The position numbers and the translations under genes were made by a program. Below are positions 12,301-27,200 of a stretch of 62,000 nt of DNA, in pieces (position 1 is the stretch's first letter; each line of letters begins with the position of its first letter). The notes under the pieces are model-generated. The model was not told where the DNA came from and ran no database searches. It worked only from the letters and a program-made list of their open reading frames with translations. This DNA is from Acanthaster planci. Lineage: Eukaryota. The stretch covers positions 3,410,001-3,472,000 of the forward strand of contig NW_019091404.1 of assembly GCF_001949145.1 (NCBI RefSeq). Reading direction: 5' to 3'.

Positions 12301-15210
12301 GTAAAATTGACACCGAGAAGCAAGAGAAGAAAAATTTGACAAGAAACGAAATCGAATTTGAACGTTACAGCTGATAATACAATATGGTCTTTTTGCTGAA
12401 TCATAGGAATACTTTGTAGGTTGTTGTGCCGGGGGTTTATCTAAAGAAAGATTATCCATTTCCGTAGTTCAAGGATTCGATTTGGTAAAGGGAACTAAGT
12501 TCCCATGCAGCATCGTTGACAGGATGTATGTTATGTGACAAACACCGTGGCGATACATGTTATGTGACAAACACAACCACCCAGCAAACATGACCATTTA
12601 TGGTTCACGTGTGGTTATCAAAATAGGCCTCATAACTATCACGACAAAGTGCATGGTGCAGTATCCCCGCTTTGTCTTTGTTCTCCATGATGTGCCTAGT
12701 ATGGTGACAAGATTTACAAAGGCTTAGAATTTACCATCGAACTTGTAGGTCTAATGTTGACCCTGTTCTCACTACTATTTACGATTCAAAAAATTAAATG
12801 TTTGAATTCTCGCGACTCAACTATATCCCCGAATTTTGTTTCTAGTGTTTAAGACACGAGGCTTCAGGTGCATATAAACAAGAAATCAAGCGAGGAATTG
12901 AATAGGCACACAATGCGTGTGCGTTTAGATCCCCCATCGACCAAGATCGAAACGTAACACACTTATCGTTATGATTTGAGAGCTGCAGCTGTCTTGAACT
13001 TGTTTACTGTAAACATCTTTGCCGTCGCAAAATTCAAAGAATATATCCCCACCATCATCAAATGAGTCAGCCACAATAAACGCCGTGGTTTGATAGTATG
13101 ACTATCCTAAACAACGACAGACAAGGTGAAGACTTAGCAAGTTCAGCTGATGGGCTTTGGCGGTCATCGTATAGACAGTGACTAGTTTCCTGTTTTGGGG
13201 AAAAGCCACTGGACAACGGAAACTGTATGTAATCCATCCTGCGTCGCTTCCAACGGTTTCCCGTCTGCACCACCTGCTTGCTCGGTTTTCTGGTCCATTC
13301 AGGTCGATTGGCATGATAAACTTGGAATATAGGCCCACATGTACTTGTCACTATTCGCCTTCTGTTTTCAGTGGTCACTAAGCATAGGATCTTTATCTTA
13401 TTTCTTTCAACCGGTACAGTATTTGCTTTCAGGAAGAAACAACAACATCATTAGCAGCACCCAGAAATGAGGAATGATAGCCTTCACCAACCAAATGTTT
13501 CCATTAGCTCATGCACTTGACTGGTGACATTCACACACAGTTCACTTTATTATGATTTACGATTTGATTCAGCTGCTTAAAAAAATGAAACTTGCTAGGA
13601 ATGTTTGCTTTCACTTGCTGCAACGATTCTTAATGTTGCAGTCACTATAGGATTAAATTCAAAGCGAACATGTCCTGGAGTTACCAAGCAACCTACGCCC
13701 TGGCAGTGGGCAGAACTAAGCTGAAACAGAATCCAATGATTTTATGAAAGAAGAGTCTTCACAATTTTTTTTTTTTTTTTTTTTACAGCCACGTCTACAT
13801 TGCCCACCTGCCCCCATATTAACATGCATAACTGCAGAGTACAGTCGTTGACCGTCTGACAAAACCGAGAACAGGAGTAATTTACTCTGAAATGAATTTC
13901 GCCCCCCCCCCCACATTTCCAACTTAGGGTACGTTTGAACCTTGGCAAAAATCACCAACACTTTATTTCAACCCTTTTATCTGCATTAAATTCTGACTTC
14001 CTGGTCAGGCTTCATTAATTGGTCTGACGCGTGATAAAATTCAAATTTGCCGACAGTGCACAATGCACATGCTCCCGACTGCACTACTTTGCACAAACGA
14101 TAAAAGACAAAATAACAACTAAAGCCAGCTCTCTCCTGCACGGAACTATTTATCACCATCCAAGTTTCGGCGATTCGCCGAGGTCAGTCTGTTGTATAAT
14201 TCAACCACCTTCTTTTTTGCGATAAGTCACGTTAAACTCAATTGAACTCTATCATTCCAAGATACTGAAAACGTTAAAACTTTACGTTTCTTATTTTTCT
14301 TCGGAAAACTATCATTCTGTATTTCAAAGATATCGTAAAATTTTGTGTGAAAAATCGTATCATTGGAATTTAGATCTACACTCCCCTAAAACTTGGCATT
14401 GCACTCTGAATTTCAAAGAACATTTTGTGGTGAAATCCCTAATCGGATTTCTGTACAAATCACGTAGTAACGTGGATGGGTTACTATTCTAGACTGTTGA
14501 CTATTGGTCGACATACAATTGAACTAACATGCAGCAGCCGTCGGTTTGATGCACCACTAGCACAGATCGATGGCATCAGAAACTTGACTGGGTTACCAAA
14601 ACGCCTCGTGCGCGCAGGTGGTGTGGCATGTGGGAAAGCTAGTCCGTGTTCCGGTGTCGATGAACAAATACCGAGCTTTCCTGTCAGTCTCAACAACTGA
14701 AATCACTGGCAGGTTCAGAATGGATTTCATGTTTCTGCACAATTCACGGCTGAATTAGGATGCACGCATGTCAGTTGTTCTATCAAGTCTCCGCAGTTAC
14801 TACTACCTACATGTATCGATTGGTCGCTTGCAGTTTGTGACTTGCTTTCCTTAGGATGCGGTGTGCGGCAAGTTCCTGACGTTCCTTTACGGTTTTTAAC
14901 TGAGTCATTAGAAAGCGGTCTTCAGTAAGATTTGACTGGGTGAGCTTGTTAATTCAGTCTACTGATATCCCTGTGAATCACCGAGGATCGTATTGGGCGG
15001 GAAGATGACAGTATTACTGATTTAATTAGGCTTTTGTGATCGCCGACTCCGATGCATTATGGAACAGCTGTGTGGATAGCGGTTCGATAAGGTCGGTGTT
15101 ACGACTGAAACAACCCTAGGCAATGACCAGGTCATGAGAGTGGCCCATGCACTGAGGAGTTTAAACTCATCTCTCGGACCGGATATTTCTTGGCAATCAC
15201 TCCAGCCACG

Positions 15211-18200
15211 ATGACCAACACAACAGACTCTAATTTCTACCCATCGGCCACCGCCACATTACAAGACAATAGCACCAGGTTAGCCACCTCACCATGGGCA
15301 GAAACTGTCACAGATTCCCCTACACACAGTGACATATCCACAGCTGAGAAGGTCATCGAAGCTCTACTCCTTAGTGTGATTTGTCTCGTCGCTTTCTCGG
15401 GGAATGTTCTCTTATGGTGCGTCATTGTGCGTAATAAAGCCCTCCGTACCACCTCTAACGCCTTAGTACTTTGCCTGAGTAGTGCCGATGTCTTGGTGTC
15501 TGTATGCAACATGCCTATAACCATCTTTACCATCGTTAAAGGAAATCAGTTTTTCTCGAACGAACTGTGTGTTGTGCTTGGCTTTGCTAACATGACTTTC
15601 TTCATCGCATCTGTGATGTCCTTAGCAGCTATAAGTCTTAACCGATATGTACTAATAGTCCACCCCAAAAGATTCAAGGCCATCTATACAATACGGAACA
15701 CTGGTTTCGTCATATTGGGTGAGTAGACTTTCCCATTGTAAGTTTCTTTGTAATTAATTTATTATTTTACAAGTTAAGCTAGATTCACATTACATTCAAA
15801 AGATTTAATTAAATATAAAACAGGTTGTAGAATGTCATAATTTGTCGCCTTTACGGTACTTTAATAAATGAACATTTCTTCAAAAAATATTCGGTTTAAT
15901 TGTAAATGATAACAACTCTGGTTGGAGCTCTAATTGATTTTGTTTGAAATTATGAGGTATACACAAAAATTGTGCTTGTTTAGAGTGACAGTTTTCCGAT
16001 AAAGTGTTAAAAAACGGAGAATTTCATACATCTCCACTATGGTTCCCTGCATGGGTTCATCTGGGCACTCAGTTTTGCCTAGTATTTGCGTATGAACCAA
16101 TGCCAGATGAATGCTTCGTTAAAAATTGTAGGTCCTGGTAATACAATTTGTTTCTGTCTTTGCTCGGGTTCCCACTGTCACAAATTAAGTTAGCAATGTC
16201 CTTGACCCCGCAATTGTTTGTATAAAGTAAATAACACAAATGCCAGATGATAAATTTCCCCCCTTTTGTCAACAAAATAATTTCCGAGAAACGTGTAAGT
16301 AGTTTTCCCTGCATGCTGAAGGACAATATTCAGTTTCACACGGAATATTTGGTTGGCTTTGTTTAGCCACGCATTTTGCTTTCGTGACGAAATGATTATC
16401 GCGCTGACAGGAATGTAGCTGTTTGCCTAAATACATTGTCGTTGTCATGGTACACCGATGGCAACAAATAATAAGAATTAATAATTTAGTCATTCATAAA
16501 GCGCAAATTTCATCTAGCTATGTTCAAATGCGCTTTACAATGAAGACATTAAGCGTGGAACAATGAATACATTTACACATGGTTGAGCCGATGGCATACA
16601 AGGGCGCCTCGGGCAGCTGCCAAACGACCCACATTCACCGACATCAGTGAAGAGGAGATAGTAAGAAGCAGTTACAGTTTTAGAGGTGGAAGGAAAACTC
16701 CAGAGGAATAAGTCTGGGTAAAACCCACGGAGTAAGGTAAGGACTGAAAACCCAATCCACATGTGGACAGGGCCGGGAATCGATCCCGGGAAGACGAGGG
16801 AAGAACTACCTTGCCAACCCAACTCTCCATGCACTTGTGTTATTATTCATTGACAAGAGTCAGACCTGCGGCAATCAGGGGACATGGAAGGGCAACATAA
16901 ACAATGCATCTGTTCTATTCACTCCGTTCTAAACCTATTTCGTGGAAATCGTGTAAAATGATCAATGAATATTGTAAGTGGGAATGAGTACTGCAAAGAC
17001 AGACTTTTAGATGCAATTGCTAGTGAGACACGGCAAATCAATTTGGGGCCTTGCTGGGGGATTTGTTTATTGGCCAAATCAATAATGAGGGCTGATATTT
17101 CACCGGTTTCGGTAGATAAAGTCAGTTTCACTTTCGACACAGACGGAATTTGTTCAAACGCTTAATCATGTTCGGAGTTTGTGTTGTAGAATTGTAGCAT
17201 TAGATTAGACATAAATTGAAGTCGGATAATTGCTATAGGCAATGCACGCATCACATGCGAATTGAAATATAATCGAATCAAGTCACAGAAATGGATCATT
17301 CTCCATTCATGTATCTAACGATATTACTTCAACTCAATTTCTTGTAGAAAGCAATACTTAGTGTTGTACCTTTTTAATCGAGTGCTGTGCAGCATGTACC
17401 TGAAGCCCTAAACCAATCGATCCAATTACATTTAAGGCTGTATCTTCTTTCTAAATGGAATTAAAACTATGAGTGAATTGACCTGAACACAAGAAACCAA
17501 TCAACATCCTGTTGTTTGCTCGCAAAAAAATTGTGATCGAAAAACCAATCGGTATCCACCACCTGTTGTTCCACGCTGCGCATTTCCAGTGAGGATCGAA
17601 ACGTGATCGACCTTTTTTCGAGATTCAGAACTATGTTAGATAAACAAAAATTGTCATCGTTTTATTGGCGTTCTTCCAACTAAGTCGGCAGCTCTAACGA
17701 CAAACGTTTACTTTTTTCTCTTGTACTCCATTCGCACTTTTATTCAAAGTTCATTCTGGACATTTATTTCTGTTTGAAATTTAACCCTCCCCCCAAAGTC
17801 CCCACTCCTTGTTCGTATCAGACCATTTGAATAACATATAGTCATACACCATCAGCGCTTTACACTGCAAAAACTCTGGTGTTAAAATCGACACTTTTGG
17901 TGTTATCAGATGACCACACAGGGTGTTACTTTAACACCGCTGGTGTTACTTTGCACTTTCACCTGCAAGAGTTATAATGCAATGGAGGATGTTAAAAGTA
18001 ACACCAAAATGTTTACCACCAGTGAAAAATGTTATTGTAGTCCTCTGATAACACCGGGGGTATTAAATCTGCACACGAGTCCTTGTACTTACCTTGATAT
18101 CCCAATTTTCAACCAAACGACTTCTCACTGATTACAAATGGAGCAATAAAGATAGTTATCCTGGAGCTACATATCTCTCTATTGCTAATGTACCTTTACG

Positions 18201-21200
18201 AAGAGACGAGTCAACGTTGATGCAAAGTATAGATCGTCTTGACGAGGATGATTGCAGCTGCTATACTGATGTTAATCTTTGTGCATCCATTCCAGTGGCT
18301 GTTTACAAGGACGTTAGGGGAGGGTCATTCAGAGCTTAGCTTAGCAGAGATAGAGATAGTAATGCTAAGTGCATGTCCCTACGGAATGGAAAATCTCGAC
18401 AACATCTGTTCACAAGAAAGACATGGGTAGCCGACATTCGGTCCCAAACAACATTAACAGATTAAAAAGATAACTGCGTTCACAAGATATAATTTTAAGG
18501 GTAACATTAAGAGATTAAGCACTGAAAATGGATCTGAGACACTATTTTATTCATTGTGTGTATCATTTTTGAGCGGTGCATTTCGAACCAATCCAAAAAG
18601 AACTTTCAAAGACACTTCATCTCATAATGCGAATATAAAAAGTGCACCTAATTTGCTCAATTAGTTGAACTATACATAATTCCACGGGATGACATAAATG
18701 CTGCTAAGACAACTAGGCCTATCAGGAGATTCTTCCTTCGGTCGGTGCTGGAAATGTCACAGACAAATTATGCTTGCACGAATAGAAATGACAATACTTT
18801 GACTACTTTTATGTAGTTCGAAAACAAATAGGTACATTTGGTCACAACAGAGTGTGCACGAATGGAAATGACAAGTTTTGAAAATAATTAAAACTGACGC
18901 GTCATGCATGACGTGTTGAATCCAACACTTACGAAGGTTCGGTATTAAAGTGGCCGCTCTTCGAAATTGCTGAATGTGAAATCCACACTTATGCAGTTGA
19001 TTCAACATTTGCAATGTTGATTCAACATATTCAAAGTCAACACAATGGAAAAGGTTGAATAAACATTTAAGTTAATAACTTAAAAGTATGTGTGTTGATA
19101 GTGGAATTTGAAACATGTTGGATTCGGCATTAAATTAAATGCTGGATGGATTCAACACTTTCCCAGAGTGGTCACTGACCAAACCTTTAATTTGTTGGAG
19201 TCAACGTTTCATTCTTCAAGTGTTGTATTAAACAGATGAGAGAACGTTTGTGTGAAATAAAATGGGTTAAAACGGGTTAATTCATTGATTTTTTATTGAT
19301 TTTATATTTTTCTCAAGGTTTTATTCAGAAAAAGAACGCTTTGAAACTTTCACCAATTTCCACTTTCATCCACAAATGAACATAAATTAAGTTCCAAATT
19401 CTACTGAAGAGAGAAAGAAAAACTGGCATTGAAGAATAAAACTATCTGGGCAAACTGGATTTCAACAAAAAAATCTTAGTTGTCCATGTCTGTACTCAAT
19501 TAGACTCGCTTTGACACCTATCAATGTGGATAAGGCCAAATTTGTCTCATCACCACGCTCCAGGATGTACAAGTTTACTTTCAATTGAGGAACACAAATT
19601 CCTGCTAAAGAAAATGAGTGATGTTTTTCCATCTTTTCGAGTTGAAAGTGACAAACTTAATTAACTGGCCAAAGTTAAAGATGACATAGATGGATTCCAC
19701 GATAATGTTTAAAGCAAATGGCACACAGTTAATAGCAGTAATCCGTCATACAGCGATGAATAATACGGCTATTCCCCACAGCTTTCACATCATCTTGGGA
19801 ACGTCACATGCTTTAGAAGACAAAGTGCAAACGTTTGTTGGGAAAGGACAACGGGAAAGCAAACGTTAAAGAGGAGAAATTGAATGGCAACAAAATTATA
19901 CACCAGAACAAGTGTCAGGAGTACCCCAAATGCGATGGGTTAAAAAGTAAAACGCAAAAGAATTTCATTTGCAACAAACGGGAATACCTAGAACGCTGGC
20001 CCTTAAAGTCAGCTTTATTTGTTTTTGAATATTTTACTTCCAAGAACTTAACTTGAAACGAGCTGAAAACGAAACGTTGGGGAATCTCTGCAGGAGCATC
20101 CGCTTAATACTATAGTGATTAATTTACCGTAGACTACCACTCGATTCTTAAAGGTTAGTGATTTGTCATTTCCTGTCACATTCACACTCGATTTCGACCA
20201 ACTGGAGACTGCATTGTTTACAATGTTGGTCATTCTTTTCATTTTTAGCCGAAAGCCTCACATGCTATTCGAGTGCAAAGTTAACACAACAATTCATGAA
20301 AAATAGTGGTTACGCCAAGTGTTCTGTTGACATAGATCATATGCCATGAGCTACACAGTGGCTGACTTTTTGTAGCATCATGGGCACTCGCGAATTTAAA
20401 GTTCAGTCATAAATGATTAACTTTTTTACATTTTAATAACTCAAGATAGAAACCCCTGAGCAAAACAACGACTATTACATTCGTTGATTTTGTAGCTATC
20501 TGCATTTGTAAACTCATACACCTTCTGTGCGTTACTTTCCAAGCTGTAAGCTCACTAAACACATCTGTCTGTTGTTCATAGAGCCGTTGGTCTGAAGAGG
20601 TGACCCAAAAAGGCTTGTAAAACTGATATTCCAAGAAAGACGCCTTTGAAAATGCTTCCCATTTCATTACACATTTTCGACTTACAGATTAAGGAATGTT
20701 GCGCAAAACAGTAGTCACGAAATGTTAAAGATTTAAAATGCAAATGCACACTTCTTTGAATTAAACAGTGATTCATCATTAAGACCTTTTATTACTTCGT
20801 GAAAAACCCGCACATGAAAAAATCATACATTTGTGCCATTTCAACACTTGCGCTCGTGTATGTTCAACACCCCTACGCGTGCGTGCATGTAAACAATGAC
20901 ATCATTGTAGTCTATTTTAACCCTGCTAGACGATGTGACTTTTTGTCACTTTGTGAACTTTGAACAGAGAAACACAGAACTGTGCCAACTTAATCCATGG
21001 ATCACATTGACTAAAATGGCAGGAAAAACTATAGATCGAAAAATTATCGATTTTCCAGGTTTTTGTTATTTCGGAAGAACACCGACGGTACATCTGTGAC
21101 CTATAAATTTCAAAGAATTGTCGAAATGTTCCCACAGTATATCCTTGTCTGTTGTCTCTGTAGGCTGCTCAATGTGGCGTGAAAGTGTATGGTTGGCCTA

Positions 21201-24200
21201 GTACCGATTAAATTCAAATTTGAACAGCGAGGGAATAAATGTTCACCCAGATTAGCAAGAGTGTGGAGTGTTTCTAATGAAAATATGCTTTTACAAGAGC
21301 TGTTAGATTTCCCGTGTTGGAAAAACAATTGTGTCGACAATTGTGGGGACGAAATTTACTTCAAAAGAAATCAATTGTTGGGCTAGCACTTTTTTTCTCA
21401 AGTACATATGACTGCTGTGTTATTAAAAGGAGCAGGTCTACTTTGTTTCAACCTTAATCTGATTTCAGATATAATTTTCGTAAGACGTAACACCTCAGTA
21501 GAACATTAATTGTTCTACTGAGTTGGATTTGTTCAGTAAATGAATAAACCTCTTCTTAAACTGTAGAAGCATTTATAAATTCTCAACTGCCGCACAAACT
21601 TCGAAAATCTGAAAAATATCCCATCCTCTTTGTTTCAAATGCCACGGTCAGAGAAACTCAAGTGAATGGATCGAATCAGTTGCATGAGGTATATGGATTT
21701 AAGCTACAAAAAAGGTGAAGGACACAGTGATAATGTACAATAACTAAATGCTTTTTACTTATGGAGGGTTTATTCCAGCAAAGAACGTGCAGGGAATTGC
21801 TATACTTCCTTTGAAAAGAAATCGATCAAGTTTTATTAGCTCAATTTAATAACATACAGTGACGTAAGTATGAAAGGGGCCCTAAGGGGGGATTTATTCC
21901 CCATCCCTGAAATTTTGGAATGTACACGTCTTGTGAAACAAGACAAAGATCAGCTGCTCTCAGCACCCCCTTGAAAAGAACGTGTTTACCCCGGAGAAGT
22001 CTCAGAAATTTCATCCTCAGTTGGGTCAATGATAACTGAAAACAATAACGGTTATAGTCGAAGGTTAGGCCCTATCTTAATAACCTTGGGAACACTTTCT
22101 TCAACACACAAAAGATTGATTCTGCAAGCTTGTTTGACTTGAGACTAAAAGCCACCAAAAATACGACTCGACCAAGGATAAAACGCTTGGATAACATCGT
22201 CAAATTGATTTTCTTCCTTTCTCTTTATTTTCATGCAAAATGCACAAATCCTTCCAGCAAGAATTACATTGTGTGTAATTGGACGGGTGTTGACATGCAA
22301 GCGGCTGACTTGGGTCGTACCATGATTCATTGAAAGGGGTTGAAAAGTTATTAATTATATGCCCTTGGTATTATTTGAAAGCAATGTGAAAAAACGTGAA
22401 GCATTGAGGAGGTCGACGGGTGAGAAAGATGAAGGATTGTCATTAATCGGAATTGGTTGTATGAACGTACAAAAGGAAGGATGATTCACTATTGTATATG
22501 CAAAGAAGACATCATCCTGATGACTTAGCATTATTTATATTGATCGGGGTGAAAGTGAAACACACGAATCCACGTTCAAGTTTGGAAACTCGACCGCTTC
22601 AGGTTAGGTGTGCTGGCAAGTTTATTTCATTTCGTTGCGATAAGAATTGCTCCTTAAGGTAAACGTCCGTTTCACGCTGGGCAGGAAGTTTGTGTGCTAC
22701 CTGCACAGTTTCCTGCCCACAGTAACCAACTGCCCTTTGAACCTATAATAAAGAAGATATAAAACTGACATTCGCTCAAGATCTTTGATCTGGAAACAAG
22801 ATGAAGATTCCGTTGATTGTAGACAGTTGGCTATGCTCGATTCCTTGTATCAGGGGTCACGGTGGGAAATTCAAGGTTGCTACCCAGCCCCGTTGAGTCG
22901 AACAGTAAGAGTAACATGATTGTTACATGTACATGCATGCATGAAACATTAGACTTGAAATTTGTTATGTTCATGATTACAAATTGCCAAAAGTAATTCG
23001 CTTTTCATTTTCGTGATGTATGGTTCAAATAGATCTAGCTTTTGTTTGGCATTCAACACCATTACATGTATATCCAATTATATGGTGTCGCCAAATTCTA
23101 ATCAGTTTACTCCATTCGCCAACAGCAATGTTTTACAGCTAAAGATTGTAGAAAATTGCCATAAAATTATCATGCTTCAAGGTTGAGGTCTGTTTTTTAA
23201 AAATCACATTTCGGTAGGCAGTGAATAGTGGGAAATGTAACAAGGGTACGAGAATTGTCAGAATATCATCCATTCAACAAACAACTCGTTAATTCTGCAA
23301 TACCATACGATTGCAAACACAGAAAAGAGATATTTCTGCAGGTTTTTTGGAATATAGGTATTTCCTCGCCAATGTAAATTAAGACTCATGTTGAATGTAA
23401 TTACAGAGGGCATTAGCAGCTAGTAGGCTACTTTCATTTCACTCTGTGTTACAAACGGCATTATCCAACTTTTCCTCAGTTCAGATCAGCATATGGACTC
23501 AATATCACTCAGAAGGAACAGGCAATGTGGAAATCAACAAGGACTAGAGATTTTGTTTTGACACAATATAGAGAGTGAAGTATCTAAGTTATTTCCTACA
23601 ACCCAATAGCTGTTGCTATGGACGTCAGAAAACTTCCTGCAGAAGTCAGAAGATAGCTCTTTTGTTTAATTAACCTTTCCCTGGCGGGAAAAGAGGGTGG
23701 AACACATCCTGAAAAGGCTATATCTGACGAGAGAAAGATCTTCTTTCACTGTTCAACCGTGGGGGAAAAAACATCCATTGAATCGTGGGCTTCAACTGGT
23801 TTATTACATTTTATATCATTATAGATGTGAGTGATAAAATGATTTACACTCGGGGAGCACAGCTGGAGAGAGGGCTGTGTAAACTTCTTCCACACAGACT
23901 GAAGGTTGGCAACACAAAGGCCCCTTTAAAGTAAGAGAACTTCACGGTAATGCTGGGTTCTCCGGCAGGCCAATCAGACGTGTCTTAGAAGTTTGCACCA
24001 CAAACAAGGATGTGTAAACGGTCATTAACTGTGGCTGGGAACATACACAGTGGCTGGGCATCTGTCACTTTTCCACAGTTTATCGAATAATGAACTAAAC
24101 TTTTGCCCACCGCCTCCCCTTGCGGCCGCCAGTCACAAGGGGAAGTTTTTTCAGGGCATTTGTAGGCAAGAAAGAGATTAATTATTAATTATTAACAGTG

Positions 24201-27200
24201 AGACAACTGCATGCTGAGAATGAACATCCTTAATATAAGCAAAGTAAGGGGAATTGGATGCACGGCCTTGTATGTTTTAACAAGGTAGAGCATTAAATAA
24301 ACAAATACAATTAAGGAATGGACACTCTAAGGTTTACCCAGTGCACGAAAAAAGCCTGGTGTGTATCAACCGGGGTGTCAACTCACTTTCATTATTAATT
24401 TTGGTAGATTAGAGAGTTTTAGTTGGTCGATGATGGGCCTGATGAACCCAAATGGCAAGGTATGTCCTGTTGCAAGTTGTTTCTGTCACGAGATAAGGTA
24501 ACCGCTAGGGGTAGTGGAAGATGCATAACATGGCTAGGTTGTTGTGTTCAAGGATCAGGTGATCCAGTAAAGGGTGCTGTGTCAGGTGGCACAGAATTGA
24601 AGTCGGTTTGGCCGTTCCAGAGTGATCAGGTAATCCAGTACAATGTATAGAATTGAGTGTGTCAGATGGCACCAAGCATCCCTTGTCTCGTATTTATGTG
24701 CGTTCTCTGTAAGTCGGTGACCCAGTGTTTCGGTAGTTGACTCCTTGCCTTTAACCTTATAATTAGAAGTGTAATTTGGCAATTTGTGCATTATTAGGTT
24801 TATTATAATGAGTAATAAAACCAGTGATATGCTGTGGCAAAAGTTCAGAGAATGGTCTGACCGTGAGTTGATTGTGTTCATCCGTGACCCGTGTATAATA
24901 GCACTTAGTGCAGGAGTGGGTACATGGATGCCTTATGACAGCGTCATTATTACAGATTTAGTACAGGTGCAACACGATTGAGGTAGTCTGGCCTGTGCTT
25001 TTCGAGCGGACGCATTCTTCTTGCCACTTAATCATTTATAACTTGATTATTTTTCCTTGGTCTTTTCTCATTATTTTTAAGATCAACGAAATCGAAGCAG
25101 TCCATCGGGATGCAGATAAATTCTTCAAAGATCCCGAAAGGCATTCCGATTTGCTTGTAATTCATGATTAAAATACCGCTTGGATCCGTAAAAGAGCTTT
25201 AGTTCATTTTGAGCACATTACCATAAGATATCTTATTCATCTCAGAGACGGATGTATTGTAGATAAACAATGCAGTGACAGGTAGTGTACAGGTTGACAG
25301 ATAACTGAAGATTTACTCAAATGTTTGTGGTAAAAGAACTGCGAGTTTTTCATTAAAAACGTCTTCTGACGTATTTCGCAACTGAATTATGGGATATGCA
25401 CTTTCCAGTATTACCGGGAAAACTTGATTAAATTTCACGAGCAAATGATAAAAACATATTGAAATCAATTCAAAATGGTACCACATTTCAACTTATCCTA
25501 AACGTTTTCTACTGTACTTGAACTTTGCTAAAGCTGGGTGGTCAGTTCATTTGCATCTCGGTAAATTTGAATAATCCTGCGGTTAAATGTGCACCGTATT
25601 GTTGACGCAGAGCTTCATTGAAAACAAAGGTTTCTCAGTCATGCTTTCTTTTCGCCCGCAGCATTGCGATCTTTTAATTTCTAGATTTTTAATATTCAGA
25701 CTATTAAAAAAAAATAAGTACCGTGTTTCGCAAGTATCATCCGAATAACATAACATCAATAGTATTTTTGCTCCGACAAACATAACATCAGTTACCATAG
25801 TATGCATAAATGTATCTAGCTTTTTAACATGAACGCTTTCCATTTTTGGCAGTAAATTGTCTTAATGCTTCGCAGAGGATATCTTCATTATGAAATGGCG
25901 AAATAGTGAATATTAAAAACCTCTCATCTTTCAAAGCAGCGTAGCCTTGTTTGCTGTCCTCACAACTCCATCATGTCGATTGACTCGTGCCCCTGGTATA
26001 TATTGACTCCTGATCATACATTAATTTTTTATTCATTTCCTTCATTTTTCAGAGCATCGTGACTAGTTTGCGTCTTACCGATTCTGTAGTGCCATGTTAA
26101 TTACTAATAAGTGCCCTTGGTACTAACTCTCATCATGTATAAATTAAAACTAACCAGACTTTTGTGGGATAAGGCCTATTCGTGCACGAAAATGAGCGGT
26201 TTGAACCTAAATTTACAGTCATGAAACTTTAACATTGCTCATTGACGTCTGCCAAATAATAAAACAACTGTCAAAAGTACAGCAGGTTTTCTGTTGGTGG
26301 TAATGATGAAAACCAAAAGAAATGGTTTACTTTTATAACTGCGTGTGACGTTGGTTTTTTAGTTTTAAGAACTTGAAAATCATTGAGGTGTTGTCACATA
26401 ACTTTACTGCCTCTTGTTCTAACGGTAGTCCATATAAACCATGACAAAAATATACTGTTCTCTTGTTCCTTTAATTCTTTTGAGTAGTGCAGCTAGATCT
26501 ACGAAGCTAACGCGAAATTGCTTTTATCCGACCTTATTTCTGTTGTCAAATCTGTTTTAATAAACTTCGAACCCATTAAAACTTTACTATTCTGTAATTT
26601 TTCATGTAATTGTCCTACTGTAAATAAGATGTGAAAACGTTCATAATGCCTACTCCTTTGACAGACTTCCAAGTTGTTTCGAAGTCAAAAATACAATTCA
26701 ATTAAGTTGTTAGATGTAAAGCAAGTGTCATCTTGAAACACCTGTTCGTGTTCTGTTTTACAAATGGATAACTTCCTAAAAAAGCAGGCCACAGCGACCG
26801 TCAAAATATATAAGGATTTCCTGTAGATGCGTCATCAAAAACTCTTGAATCTTTCAAGGCTGGAGATTAAATCGAACAGACATTCAGTGGTGATATTTTA
26901 TCGTTTGAAAAAGCACTTAAATATGAAAAAAAAATGAATACATGTTTTATGGATGTTTAAATTGCTCCTTTATTGAGAAGGTTGAGACTTTTTAGTGATG
27001 AAATAATGCGTCAGTCGCATATTTGCCACCTGGAAGGACTCGTCCGTCCCAGAAATGGAAAAGCGCCTTGGGGAAATAATACATGCAAAATTCATGTACC
27101 TTTCTTATCAGCCTTTGGTACAGACTTGTTTGCTCAAATATTTCGAGCTTTGCAACCTAAGGCGTCGATCTTATTCTTACCAGATTTTCATTCGCACGAC

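Noticed and set aside
16770..16830. tRNA gene
   Set aside because: Only a B-box-like motif and no cloverleaf; better explained as a SINE head.
22510..22560. Hammerhead-like CTGATGA...GAAA (also at 56340 and 49059)
   Set aside because: The required stems could not be formed.
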